A stretch of 51,463 nt of DNA from Parcubacteria group bacterium GW2011_GWA2_40_23 (GTDB lineage Bacteria > Patescibacteriota > Patescibacteriia > UBA11705 > JABHMO01): NCBI GenBank assembly GCA_000996245.1, contig LBYP01000010.1:1-51463 (forward strand). The letters run 5' to 3'. Below, in pieces: positions 24,134 through 32,153 of this stretch. The translations under genes and the position numbers were made by a program. Position 1 is the stretch's first letter. The number at the start of each line of letters is the position of its first letter. Under the pieces are notes generated by a model. That model searched no databases. It was not told the origin of the DNA and saw only the letters and a program-made list of their open reading frames with translations.

Positions 24134-24649
24134 ATGTCCACGCCCCAAGTGTTCGTAAAAACACCTGCGATCCGTATCGTCGAAACGCTCTTTGGCGGTC
24201 GCGCGTACTTGGTCGAACTGCCCGTCGATGCCCACACAGTCGTGGTCGAGGGCACCAGCTTCCCGCCCGAACTGAACGTTACCGAGTTCTCGCCCCGCGT
24301 CTACTCCATCGTCGGCAAAAAGCTGAGCGGTTCGCACGCACACCGCGCTGGCACCGAAGACGAGATCATGCTCGTGGTCGCCGGCGAAGCGACGGTGCAC
24401 CTCTGGGACGAGAGTGGCAAGCACGAAGAAGTCACCCTCCGCCCCGCGACCGACGGCCAGAAGTTCTGGGCGCTGTTCATCCGCTCCGGTATCTGGCACA
24501 CCGTACGCTACAAGCCCCACACGGCGCTGAACGTCGTCGCCTCGGTCCACTACGACCGCGAGTACTACGTCGTAGATCCAGCCGACTACTTCACCGCCGA
24601 AGGCCACGCGCTGTACCTGCACGACATCATTTCCCTTAACGGAAACTGA
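24134..24649 (+). CDS. GC-rich cupin, WxcM/FdtA-like (sugar 3,4-ketoisomerase-like fold)
   Basis: 171 aa. SGSHAHRAGTEDEIMLVVAGEA..V.L.D..G, LFIRSGIWHTVRY, NVVASVHYDREYYVVDPADYF. These match the remembered FdtA pattern (HAH.., WH, AS..YD..DY). Confidence 0.5.
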   Translation: MSTPQVFVKTPAIRIVETLFGGRAYLVELPVDAHTVVVEGTSFPPELNVTEFSPRVYSIVGKKLSGSHAHRAGTEDEIMLVVAGEATVHLWDESGKHEEVTLRPATDGQKFWALFIRSGIWHTVRYKPHTALNVVASVHYDREYYVVDPADYFTAEGHALYLHDIISLNGN

Positions 24650-24688
24650 GCAACTCCCCACGTCTGCGACTAGATCGCAGTGGGCTTA

Positions 24689-24730
24689 CCCCGCACACAG
24701 TCATCTGTGGTGCGGGGGTTTCATTTTTGC
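24689..24730 (+). terminator. Intrinsic terminator closing the third GC-rich block
   Basis: CCCCGCACACAG-TCAT-CTGTGGTGCGGGG followed by TTTCATTTTT. Confidence 0.7.
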
Positions 24731-24916
24731 TTTTTAGGCTCAATTTAGATATAATCCTAATATAAACTGTTAAGCACTCAATCAAAAAAATAAGAAAGCA
24801 AAAAAGAAAAGAGAAACAGTCAACTTGCACACCTACAACAAGCGAAGCGATACAACCCAGCACTATTAAGTGTTCCCTTAAAATGCTGGGTAAACAACTT
24901 GAACAATTAGTAGCAT

Positions 24917-25927
24917 ATGAAACATTTCATCATAGACGAAAAAAATCAGAAAGTCCGTTTGGATAAATTTTTGGTTGCCAAAACTGGTAAAACCAGAAGC
25001 CAAATTCAAAAAAACATTTTAAGTGAATCTGTTTTAGTTAATGATAAACCGGCCAAAGTTCATCAATTTTTATGTTTTAAAGATAAAGTGACTGTTTTGG
25101 ACGCGGACCCGAATCGACAAAAGCAAGAGCCCAAAGAACCATTGCGCCCAGATACAGAAGCTGGCAAAAAAGCCCTTAAACTTGTGGCTCGCGCTGCTCG
25201 GGCATTAAAGGTGCCGGTTCCAAAAGTTGTTAAAAAAACAAAGGATTATTTAATTATCGAAAAACCATCTGGTCTTTTGGTTCATGCCACCTCAAAAGAT
25301 GAACCGAGTACCTTGGTGACTTGGTTGGTTAAAAAATATCCGCAAATTAAAAAAATCGCTGACCCTGAATCATTAAAAAAACGCGATAAAATTTATCGTC
25401 CCGGTATTGTGCATCGCCTCGACAAAGATGTTTCTGGTTTAATGATTATTCCGCTCAATCAAGATGCTTTCGAATATTACAAAGAACAATTCAAACAAAA
25501 ATTAATTAAAAAACAATACACTGCCCTTGTCTTTGGTCAGTTGCCACAACCGCACGGTTTAATTGAATTTGAAATCAGCCGTAAATCAACTGGCGGCAAA
25601 ATGGCCTCGCACCCCAAAGGTTCTGGTAAAGGCAAATATGCGCAAACAGAATATAATGTTGTCCAACAATTTAGTAAATTCTCGTTAGTGGAAATTAATT
25701 TACATACTGGCCGAACCAATCAGATCCGCGTGCATTTTATGGCTTTAAAAAATCCTGTTGCTGGCGATGAACTTTATAATCTTAAAAGCTTCACCTCAAA
25801 AGTTTACATCCCGCGCATTCTTTTGCACGCGAACAGATTGGAATTTGTGGATCAAAACAATAAACCTCAACTATTTACTTCCGACCTACCGAAGGAATTT
25901 GATGATGTGGAGAAGCAACTTAAGTAA
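24917..25927 (+). CDS. RluA-family 23S rRNA pseudouridine synthase (RluD-like) with an S4 domain
   Basis: N-terminal S4-like RLDKFLV...VLVNDKPAK. Catalytic HRLDKDVSGLMI. NQIRVH. Lys/Pro-rich insertion after the S4 domain. Confidence 0.8.
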   Translation: MKHFIIDEKNQKVRLDKFLVAKTGKTRSQIQKNILSESVLVNDKPAKVHQFLCFKDKVTVLDADPNRQKQEPKEPLRPDTEAGKKALKLVARAARALKVPVPKVVKKTKDYLIIEKPSGLLVHATSKDEPSTLVTWLVKKYPQIKKIADPESLKKRDKIYRPGIVHRLDKDVSGLMIIPLNQDAFEYYKEQFKQKLIKKQYTALVFGQLPQPHGLIEFEISRKSTGGKMASHPKGSGKGKYAQTEYNVVQQFSKFSLVEINLHTGRTNQIRVHFMALKNPVAGDELYNLKSFTSKVYIPRILLHANRLEFVDQNNKPQLFTSDLPKEFDDVEKQLK

Positions 25928-26104
25928 CTGCTTATAATTGTTCAAGTTGTTCAATCACTACGTTTGTTCAAAATGTTCACTTGATCCATGGTCTATGTCC
26001 CATGACAAATCCTAATCATTTTGCTTTCTTGTTTTTCCTGCCCGGCACTTAAAGTGAATACTTTATAGTACTGGGTTGCTTTCTTGATTAGACGCAAAAC
26101 TACT

Positions 26105-27778
26105 ATGCCTCAAAACAACCTCAACAAACGACTCACCTACAAGCTCAAAAACGAGCCTTGTCTTAGTTTTATTAAAACACTTTTTGATACCTTTCCTGAC
26201 CTCGAACTTTATCTAGTCGGCGGCATGGTACGAGATATTATTTTAAATGTAACAAATTCTAAAGATTTTGATTTTGTGGCTCGCAACGTTGATGTTAAGG
26301 ACTTAACAACTGAACTCAACAAACTTGGTTGGTGCGATTTAACTGGTCGCGACTTTGGCGTCATAAAATTTAAACCAGCCGAAAGCAATCAATTTATTGA
26401 CATTGCACTCCCCCGCACCGAACAAGGCAAAATGACTGGCGGCTATCGTGATTTCACTCTTCAAGTCGACAAAAAGTTGTCGCTCGAAAAAGATTTGGCG
26501 CGTCGCGACCTCACCATCAATGCCATGGCCTGGGATATTAAAAATCGAACTTTAATTGACCCCTTTAAAGGCCAAGAAGATATTGAAGCCAAACTTATTA
26601 GATCTGTTGGCAGTCCAGAAAAACGTTTTCAAGAAGATTATTCTAGGATTTTACGCGCTTTGCGTTTTGCCTGCCAATTTAATTTAAAAATTGAATCCAA
26701 AACTTGGACAGCACTCAAAAAACTCGTCCCCCATATAGTAGAGAAACGCCAAATAACTCAGCAAGAACATATACAACGTCGACTGGCTCAAGAAATTATC
26801 GAAGAAAATCGAGAAAAATATCTGACCCAATTAAATTCCTTAACTCCGGAAGAAAAGATTGCTTTAGTCGAGGAAGATATTGTGCCATCAGAAACTTTGA
26901 CGCGCGAATTATTTAAAGCGCTAACAGTCAACCCGCTAGGTGCTGTGAAACTTTATGATGACTGCGGTGCCTTGGAATTATTGATGCCAGAGATTCATGA
27001 TTTGAAGGGTTGCACTCAATCAGCTAAATTCCATTCTGAAGGTGATGTTTGGACACATACACTCATGACGCTCAAACAAATTTCAGAACCGGAATTTGCG
27101 GAACACTTTCCTGACTTCAAAATAACCGGTGTTTTTGTATTAGCTTGTCTCTTGCATGACATAGGCAAACCAGCCATGCGTACAGTTGATGATTCTATCT
27201 CTCCGGCAAAAATAAGTTTCAGTGGACACGCAGAAGAAGGGGTTAGTATTGCCAAAAAAATTTGCGCTCGCTTAAAATTAAGTCACGATTCTCAAGAAAA
27301 AATTTCGTTCATGATAAAACACCACATGCTAGTTATGAGTTCGACTGCCATCAACAAATTCCGTGCTCATAAACTAGCCGAATGTTTTATTGATAATCAA
27401 CATAGCTTAGATTTACTTGCGCTACTTTATCTTGATATTATGGGCGCTTTGAAAGCTGATGGCACAACCGACAAAGAACTTTTTGATAACACTCTACAAA
27501 GAATTGAAGAAATTAAAGAGACTAGATCACATCAACCAAAAAAAATAATTGATGGTGCGAAAGTAATTGAGCTACTCGAAATAGATGCAGGTCCTTTTGT
27601 GGCCTGTATTCTTGATTTGATCGATGAGTTAAAAAATCAGGGCAAGATTAATCGTGCCGGTGACGCTGAGAAGTTTTTGCGTGAACATGCTGTACATCTT
27701 AAAAATTTTGCCAAAGAAATTTCTGGGCATAATTCAGCCGAGTTGGCAGAAAAAATATTAAATTCACTCCAATTATGA
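26105..27778 (+). CDS. cca: CCA-adding enzyme / tRNA nucleotidyltransferase with a C-terminal HD domain
   Basis: ATG 26105 is preferred over TTG 26084. LYLVGGMVRDIIL, DFDF, RRDLTINAMA, HD motif LLHDIGKP. Confidence 0.75.
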   Translation: MPQNNLNKRLTYKLKNEPCLSFIKTLFDTFPDLELYLVGGMVRDIILNVTNSKDFDFVARNVDVKDLTTELNKLGWCDLTGRDFGVIKFKPAESNQFIDIALPRTEQGKMTGGYRDFTLQVDKKLSLEKDLARRDLTINAMAWDIKNRTLIDPFKGQEDIEAKLIRSVGSPEKRFQEDYSRILRALRFACQFNLKIESKTWTALKKLVPHIVEKRQITQQEHIQRRLAQEIIEENREKYLTQLNSLTPEEKIALVEEDIVPSETLTRELFKALTVNPLGAVKLYDDCGALELLMPEIHDLKGCTQSAKFHSEGDVWTHTLMTLKQISEPEFAEHFPDFKITGVFVLACLLHDIGKPAMRTVDDSISPAKISFSGHAEEGVSIAKKICARLKLSHDSQEKISFMIKHHMLVMSSTAINKFRAHKLAECFIDNQHSLDLLALLYLDIMGALKADGTTDKELFDNTLQRIEEIKETRSHQPKKIIDGAKVIELLEIDAGPFVACILDLIDELKNQGKINRAGDAEKFLREHAVHLKNFAKEISGHNSAELAEKILNSLQL

Positions 27779-28347
27779 AGCACCTAATTGTTATCGCCGG
27801 TCCAACTGGCTGTGGCGAAAGCTCAGTCACGCGCGGAATACTTGAACGGCTCAAAAATTCAGAAAGATTTATTACGACAACATCACGTACACCACGAGGA
27901 TCAGAGAAAAATGGCGTTGATTACAATTTTATTTCACAAGACGACTTTAAAAAGAAAATTGCTGAAAATTATTTTTTAGAATATTCCTATATAAAAAACC
28001 GCGACGATTATTATGGCACCCCCAAGCATCAAATAGATCAAAAAATAAAAGAAAATAAAATATTAATCTTTAATTACGACCTAGTCGGCGCCAAAGCCAT
28101 TAAAGAAAACTATCCAGGAGAAACGCTCAGCATTTTCATCGTACCGGAAAGCTTAGATCAAATCCGCAAGCAATTATTGGCCCGTAATCCCAAAATGCCC
28201 CTTGAAGATTTAGCCAAAAGACTTAAAAACGCCGAAGAAGAGCTAAAAGATCAAACTGAGTACGAGCACATTCTTGTTAACAAATACCAGCGACTGGGAG
28301 AAACCATCAAAAACTGCTACCAATTGATAAAACAGTCCCTTGGATAA
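27775..28347 (+). CDS. gmk: Guanylate kinase-like protein with an atypical P-loop
   Basis: TTTSRTPRGSEKNGVDYNFIS and YYGTPK fit Gmk. The Walker A reads GPTGCGES, with Glu (GAA 27817-27819) where the conserved Lys is expected. ATGA overlap with cca. Confidence 0.7.
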   Translation: MKHLIVIAGPTGCGESSVTRGILERLKNSERFITTTSRTPRGSEKNGVDYNFISQDDFKKKIAENYFLEYSYIKNRDDYYGTPKHQIDQKIKENKILIFNYDLVGAKAIKENYPGETLSIFIVPESLDQIRKQLLARNPKMPLEDLAKRLKNAEEELKDQTEYEHILVNKYQRLGETIKNCYQLIKQSLG

Positions 28348-28412
28348 AGGCCTTGACTAAGTCCGCTTTTTGATATATACTAAGCTTTGATATTTAGTGT
28401 TAAATAAAAGTT

Positions 28413-28477
28413 ACCAGTCACCAGTAACCTGTAACCAATACTATTTTTCTGGTCACTGGTCTCTGGGTACAGGTCAC
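28413..28477. repeat. Heptad repeat block, (ACCWGTN)x4 followed by the inverted heptads x4, in the rplS leader
   Basis: ACCAGTC ACCAGTA ACCTGTA ACCAATA - ctatttttc - TGGTCAC TGGTCTC TGGGTAC AGGTCAC. Confidence 0.8.
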
Positions 28478-28527
28478 TAACATACACTAGTAACTATTCG
28501 CAAATTAGTAATAAAATTAGTAATAAT

Positions 28528-28902
28528 ATGGCAGAAGCAAAAAAACAAGCTCCAGAAGTCAAGGAAACAAAGGTTGAAGCTCCAGTCGACCGCAATTTCC
28601 CAGATGTAGTACCGGGTGTAACCGTAAAAGTACACCAAGAAATTACTGATATTACCCCTAAAGGTGAAGAAAAAAAGCGTATTCAAATTTTTGAAGGCGT
28701 GGTTCTTCAACGAAAGCATGGTAATAAAGCTGACGCAACCATCACTGTACGTAAAGAATCTGATGGCTTTGGTGTCGAAAAGATTCTTCCACTACGTTTA
28801 AAAACTATCAAGAAAATTGAAGTCGTGAAAAAATTCCGTGTCCGACGTGCCAAGATTGGTTATATCCGTGGCAGACATAAAAAAATGCAAGAGGTCAAAT
28901 AA
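28528..28902 (+). CDS. rplS: 50S ribosomal protein L19
   Basis: GVTVKVHQEI..EGEKKRIQIFEGVVLQRKH, ITVRK, GVEKILPL, KIEVVKKFRVRRAKIGYIR. Confidence 0.9.
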   Translation: MAEAKKQAPEVKETKVEAPVDRNFPDVVPGVTVKVHQEITDITPKGEEKKRIQIFEGVVLQRKHGNKADATITVRKESDGFGVEKILPLRLKTIKKIEVVKKFRVRRAKIGYIRGRHKKMQEVK

Positions 28903-28990
28903 AAAAATGTGTGGACCGGTCCAAATGGACCGTAGGGAACAAAAATTTTTGTTCCCTACCAACGCGAATGCGTTGAGCCACACATTTTTT
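28902..28990. terminator. 89-nt four-way-junction palindromic element, copy 2; probable bidirectional terminator
   Basis: Closing stem AAAAAATGTGTGG/CCACACATTTTTT. Hairpins CGGTCC-AAAT-GGACCG, AGGGAACAAAAATTTTTGTTCCCT and CAACGC-GAAT-GCGTTG. The rplS and uvrA stop codons lie in the A/T runs. Confidence 0.7.
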
Positions 28991-31859
28991 ATTTCAGAAT
29001 TTTTTTAATATATTGACCTGTTAACGATTCCTTAACTTTGGCGACCGTGGCAGGCGTCCCCTCAGCCACGAGATTCCCGCCCTTCTCACCACCAGCTGGA
29101 CCCAAATCAATAATCCAGTCACAATTTTTTATGACATCAAGATTATGTTCGATAATAATAATGGAATTGCCTTTATCAACTAATTTATTAAGAATTAGTA
29201 ATAATCTTTTAATGTCATCAAAATGCAAACCAGCTGTCGGTTCATCCAAAATATAAAGTGTTTTACCAGTCGCATAACGTGCGAGTTCCGTGGCGAGTTT
29301 AATGCGTTGAGCTTCGCCACCAGATAAAGTTGTTGCTGATTGTCCCAAGGTTAAATAGCCTAAACCCACTTCTTCCAAAACCATTAACTTTTCTTTCAAA
29401 ATCGGTGTGTCATGGAAAAAATCTTTGGCCTCTGAAGCTGTTAAGCTAAGAACATCAGCGATATTTTTACCTCGATAATGAATTTCTAAGGTTTGCTTAT
29501 TATAACGACGGCCCTTACATTCAGAACATTCGACATACACATCTGGCAAAAATTGCATTTCTATTTTTATTAAACCATCACCGCCGCAAGCTTCGCAACG
29601 ACCACCTTTAACATTGAAACTGAAACGGCCAGCATCATAACCTTTTATTTTGGCTTCTGGAACTTGAGTGAACAAATCACGGATATAAGTGAAGATGCCA
29701 GTATAAGTCGCGGGGTTAGAACGTGGCGTTCTACCAATCGGAGTTTGATCAATCGTAATAACCTTATCTAAATTTTCAAGACCCTTAATCGCTTTATGTT
29801 CTGCTGGTAAATCTTTGGAACGATAGAAATAACGCGCTAATGATTTTGACAAAATATCTGTAATTAATGACGATTTACCGGAGCCAGAAACTCCCGTGAT
29901 CGCAACTAACTTATTAAGCGGAATTTTAACATCAATATTTTTTAGGTTAAAAGCTTTAGCACCTAAAATTTCAATAAACTTTCCATTACCCCGAGAAGTG
30001 CGTCTAATAACATCAATTTTTTCTTTACCTGAAAGATATTTACCGGTTAAAGAATGTGGATTTTTCATGATTGAAGCAATCGGTCCGGCGGCCACAACTT
30101 CTCCCCCGTAAATACCAGCACCAGGGCCAATATCAATAATATAATCAGCCGCTTTCATCATAGCTTCGTCATGTTCAACAACAATAACTGAGTTGCCCTT
30201 ATCGCGCAGTTCTTGCAAAGTTTTAATTAAGCAAGCATTGTCTGATGGATGCAAACCGATTGATGGTTCATCCAATACATAAATCACTTCTGACAAAGCT
30301 GAACCAAGTTGAGTGGCCAAACGAATACGTTGCGCTTCGCCACCAGAAAGTGTTGTTACAGTTCTGTCCAGTGAAAGATAGCCGAGTCCAACATCCTCTA
30401 AAAATCCAACCCTATTTTGAACTTCTTTGATAATAGCTGAAGCAATTTTAAAATCTATTTCACTAATTGATTCTTTTAAATATACAAATTCTTTTGAAGA
30501 TAATTTTTTCTCTGGTTTGACTGCTTTGACTAATTCAGCGACTATTTCTTTCAAGCGAGAAACCGGCGCTTCGGTGTATTTAATGATCGAAAGACCGGCC
30601 ACTGTTACAGCTAAACTTTCTTTTTTCAGTCTCTGTCCATTACAAGACAAACACAAACGCATGCGCATGTATTTTTCAATCTCTTTATGGATATATTCAG
30701 AATCAGTTTCTTTATATTTCTTTTCTAGTCCAGGAATGACACCTTCATACGTCAATGACTTGCTGCCAACTGTATAGACTTCGTCCCCCGTGCCAAAAAG
30801 AACTGTTTTCAAAGCTTTCTTGCTTAATTTTTCCACTGGCACATCAATAGAGAAGCGATGTTTCTTGGCGACTGCGGCTAAAAGCTGCCAAATCGCCACC
30901 TGATTGGAAAAAATCTTGGTCCAAGGTTTAATGGCGCCTTGAGCTAAAGTTAAACGCTCGTTACTGATGACAAGTTCTGGTTCAACTTCCTGTCTGTTTC
31001 CCAAACCACTGCAATCTGGGCAAGCACCGTAAGGAGAGTTAAAAGAAAAACTGCGTAATTCAATTTCTGGTAAATCAATATCGCATTTGGGACAAGTATA
31101 ATATTGGCTAAATAAAATATCTTCGTTTTTATCTGAACGTAGCGCCACGACCAAACCATTACCTAAGTCTGAAGCTAATTTCACTGCATCACGCAATTGC
31201 TCTTTGGTTTCTTTGTCGCCATCGAGTAAAATGCGGTCGACAATAACTTCGAGCGTATGCTTTTTTTGTTTATCAATTAAAAGACGATCTAATTCTTCAA
31301 TATTATAAGTAATGCCATCAAAACGTACTTGGTAATAATTGGCTTTGCGTACTTCTTCGATGACTTTTTTATGTGTACCTTTTAAATCACGGATAACCGG
31401 AGCTAAAATTGTGACGTTGACTTTATGTTCTATCTTCCAAATTTTATCAACAATTTCATCAACTGTTTGACGTGAAACTTCTAAACCGCAACTAGGACAG
31501 TGCGGACGACCGATACGACTAAAAAGTAAACGCAAAAGATCATAGATTTCTGTAATAGTCCCAACCGTGGAACGCGGATTTTGAGCTGAATAACGTTGAT
31601 CAATCGCAATGGCGGGTGAAAGGCCAGTGATTTTGTCGACATCTGGTTTTTCTTTAACTTCCAAAAATTGTCGAGCATATGAAGAAAGACTTTCCACGTA
31701 GCGTCGTTGACCTTCGGCGTAAATCGTATCAAAAGCGAGAGAAGATTTTCCTGAACCAGAAAGTCCAGTAATAACAACTAATTTATTGCGTGGAATATCC
31801 ACATCAATATTTTTTAAATTATTAACTTTGGCGCCCTTGATCGAAATGTAGTTCGACAT
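28989..31859 (-). CDS. uvrA: Excinuclease ABC subunit A
   Basis: 956 aa. Two ABC ATPase modules ([32 protein letters not shown] twice) and zinc-finger Cys clusters. Confidence 0.95.
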   Translation of the reverse strand: MSNYISIKGAKVNNLKNIDVDIPRNKLVVITGLSGSGKSSLAFDTIYAEGQRRYVESLSSYARQFLEVKEKPDVDKITGLSPAIAIDQRYSAQNPRSTVGTITEIYDLLRLLFSRIGRPHCPSCGLEVSRQTVDEIVDKIWKIEHKVNVTILAPVIRDLKGTHKKVIEEVRKANYYQVRFDGITYNIEELDRLLIDKQKKHTLEVIVDRILLDGDKETKEQLRDAVKLASDLGNGLVVALRSDKNEDILFSQYYTCPKCDIDLPEIELRSFSFNSPYGACPDCSGLGNRQEVEPELVISNERLTLAQGAIKPWTKIFSNQVAIWQLLAAVAKKHRFSIDVPVEKLSKKALKTVLFGTGDEVYTVGSKSLTYEGVIPGLEKKYKETDSEYIHKEIEKYMRMRLCLSCNGQRLKKESLAVTVAGLSIIKYTEAPVSRLKEIVAELVKAVKPEKKLSSKEFVYLKESISEIDFKIASAIIKEVQNRVGFLEDVGLGYLSLDRTVTTLSGGEAQRIRLATQLGSALSEVIYVLDEPSIGLHPSDNACLIKTLQELRDKGNSVIVVEHDEAMMKAADYIIDIGPGAGIYGGEVVAAGPIASIMKNPHSLTGKYLSGKEKIDVIRRTSRGNGKFIEILGAKAFNLKNIDVKIPLNKLVAITGVSGSGKSSLITDILSKSLARYFYRSKDLPAEHKAIKGLENLDKVITIDQTPIGRTPRSNPATYTGIFTYIRDLFTQVPEAKIKGYDAGRFSFNVKGGRCEACGGDGLIKIEMQFLPDVYVECSECKGRRYNKQTLEIHYRGKNIADVLSLTASEAKDFFHDTPILKEKLMVLEEVGLGYLTLGQSATTLSGGEAQRIKLATELARYATGKTLYILDEPTAGLHFDDIKRLLLILNKLVDKGNSIIIIEHNLDVIKNCDWIIDLGPAGGEKGGNLVAEGTPATVAKVKESLTGQYIKKILK

Positions 31860-32022
31860 AATATTTACTAATTACTAATACTATTACTAATTTACTAATG
31901 ATTACTAATTATTAGTTACGATTTGTAAATTAGTAGCAAATTCGTAATTAGTAATTAAAGAAACATGCTGTCTGCGATTATAACAATATTATTTAATCTT
32001 GTAAAGAGTTAAGTTGCGAATA

Positions 32023-32123
32023 GGGCATTTTTATTAGGATATTACGAATTATTACTTAGCAATTGAAACTTAACAGTAATTCGTAACATCAACTTTATGA
32101 CGCTATTCGTAACAAAAAACGAG
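32023..32123. repeat. Nested inverted-repeat element of the TACGAAT word family
   Basis: Outer arms GTTGCGAATAG / CTATTCGTAAC. Inner arms ATTACGAATTATTACT / CAGTAATTCGTAAC. Confidence 0.75.
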
Positions 32124-32153
32124 CCCTGATATGTGAATCAGAGCCCGTTAGAA

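Noticed and set aside
19139-24661. Alternative-frame and antisense ORFs in the cassette array (19139-19516, 19407-19961, 19685-19945, 19921-20265, 20340-20786, 20540-20989, 20817-21017, 21620-21828, 22233-22637, 23209-23511, 23378-23872, 24041-24661, 24097-24639).
   Set aside because: They are GC-driven shadow ORFs with Arg/Pro/Gly-rich products. Several run across AT-rich modules, terminators or promoters. The chosen frames are supported by paralogy, RBS placement and terminators.
5631-24730. GC-rich blocks as assembly chimeras or contaminant contigs.
   Set aside because: This cannot be excluded without reads, but it is unlikely. Each block is joined to the backbone through AT-rich promoters, terminators and the same word repeats found elsewhere in the window. 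One backbone terminator physically overlaps a block promoter. AT-rich modules alternate with GC-rich genes several times within 5.6 kb.
19095-24730. The GC-rich array as a prophage or integrative element.
   Set aside because: No integrase, recombinase, capsid, terminase or replication genes are present, and no flanking direct repeats of att type were seen. It is retained only as a cassette array of unknown mobility.
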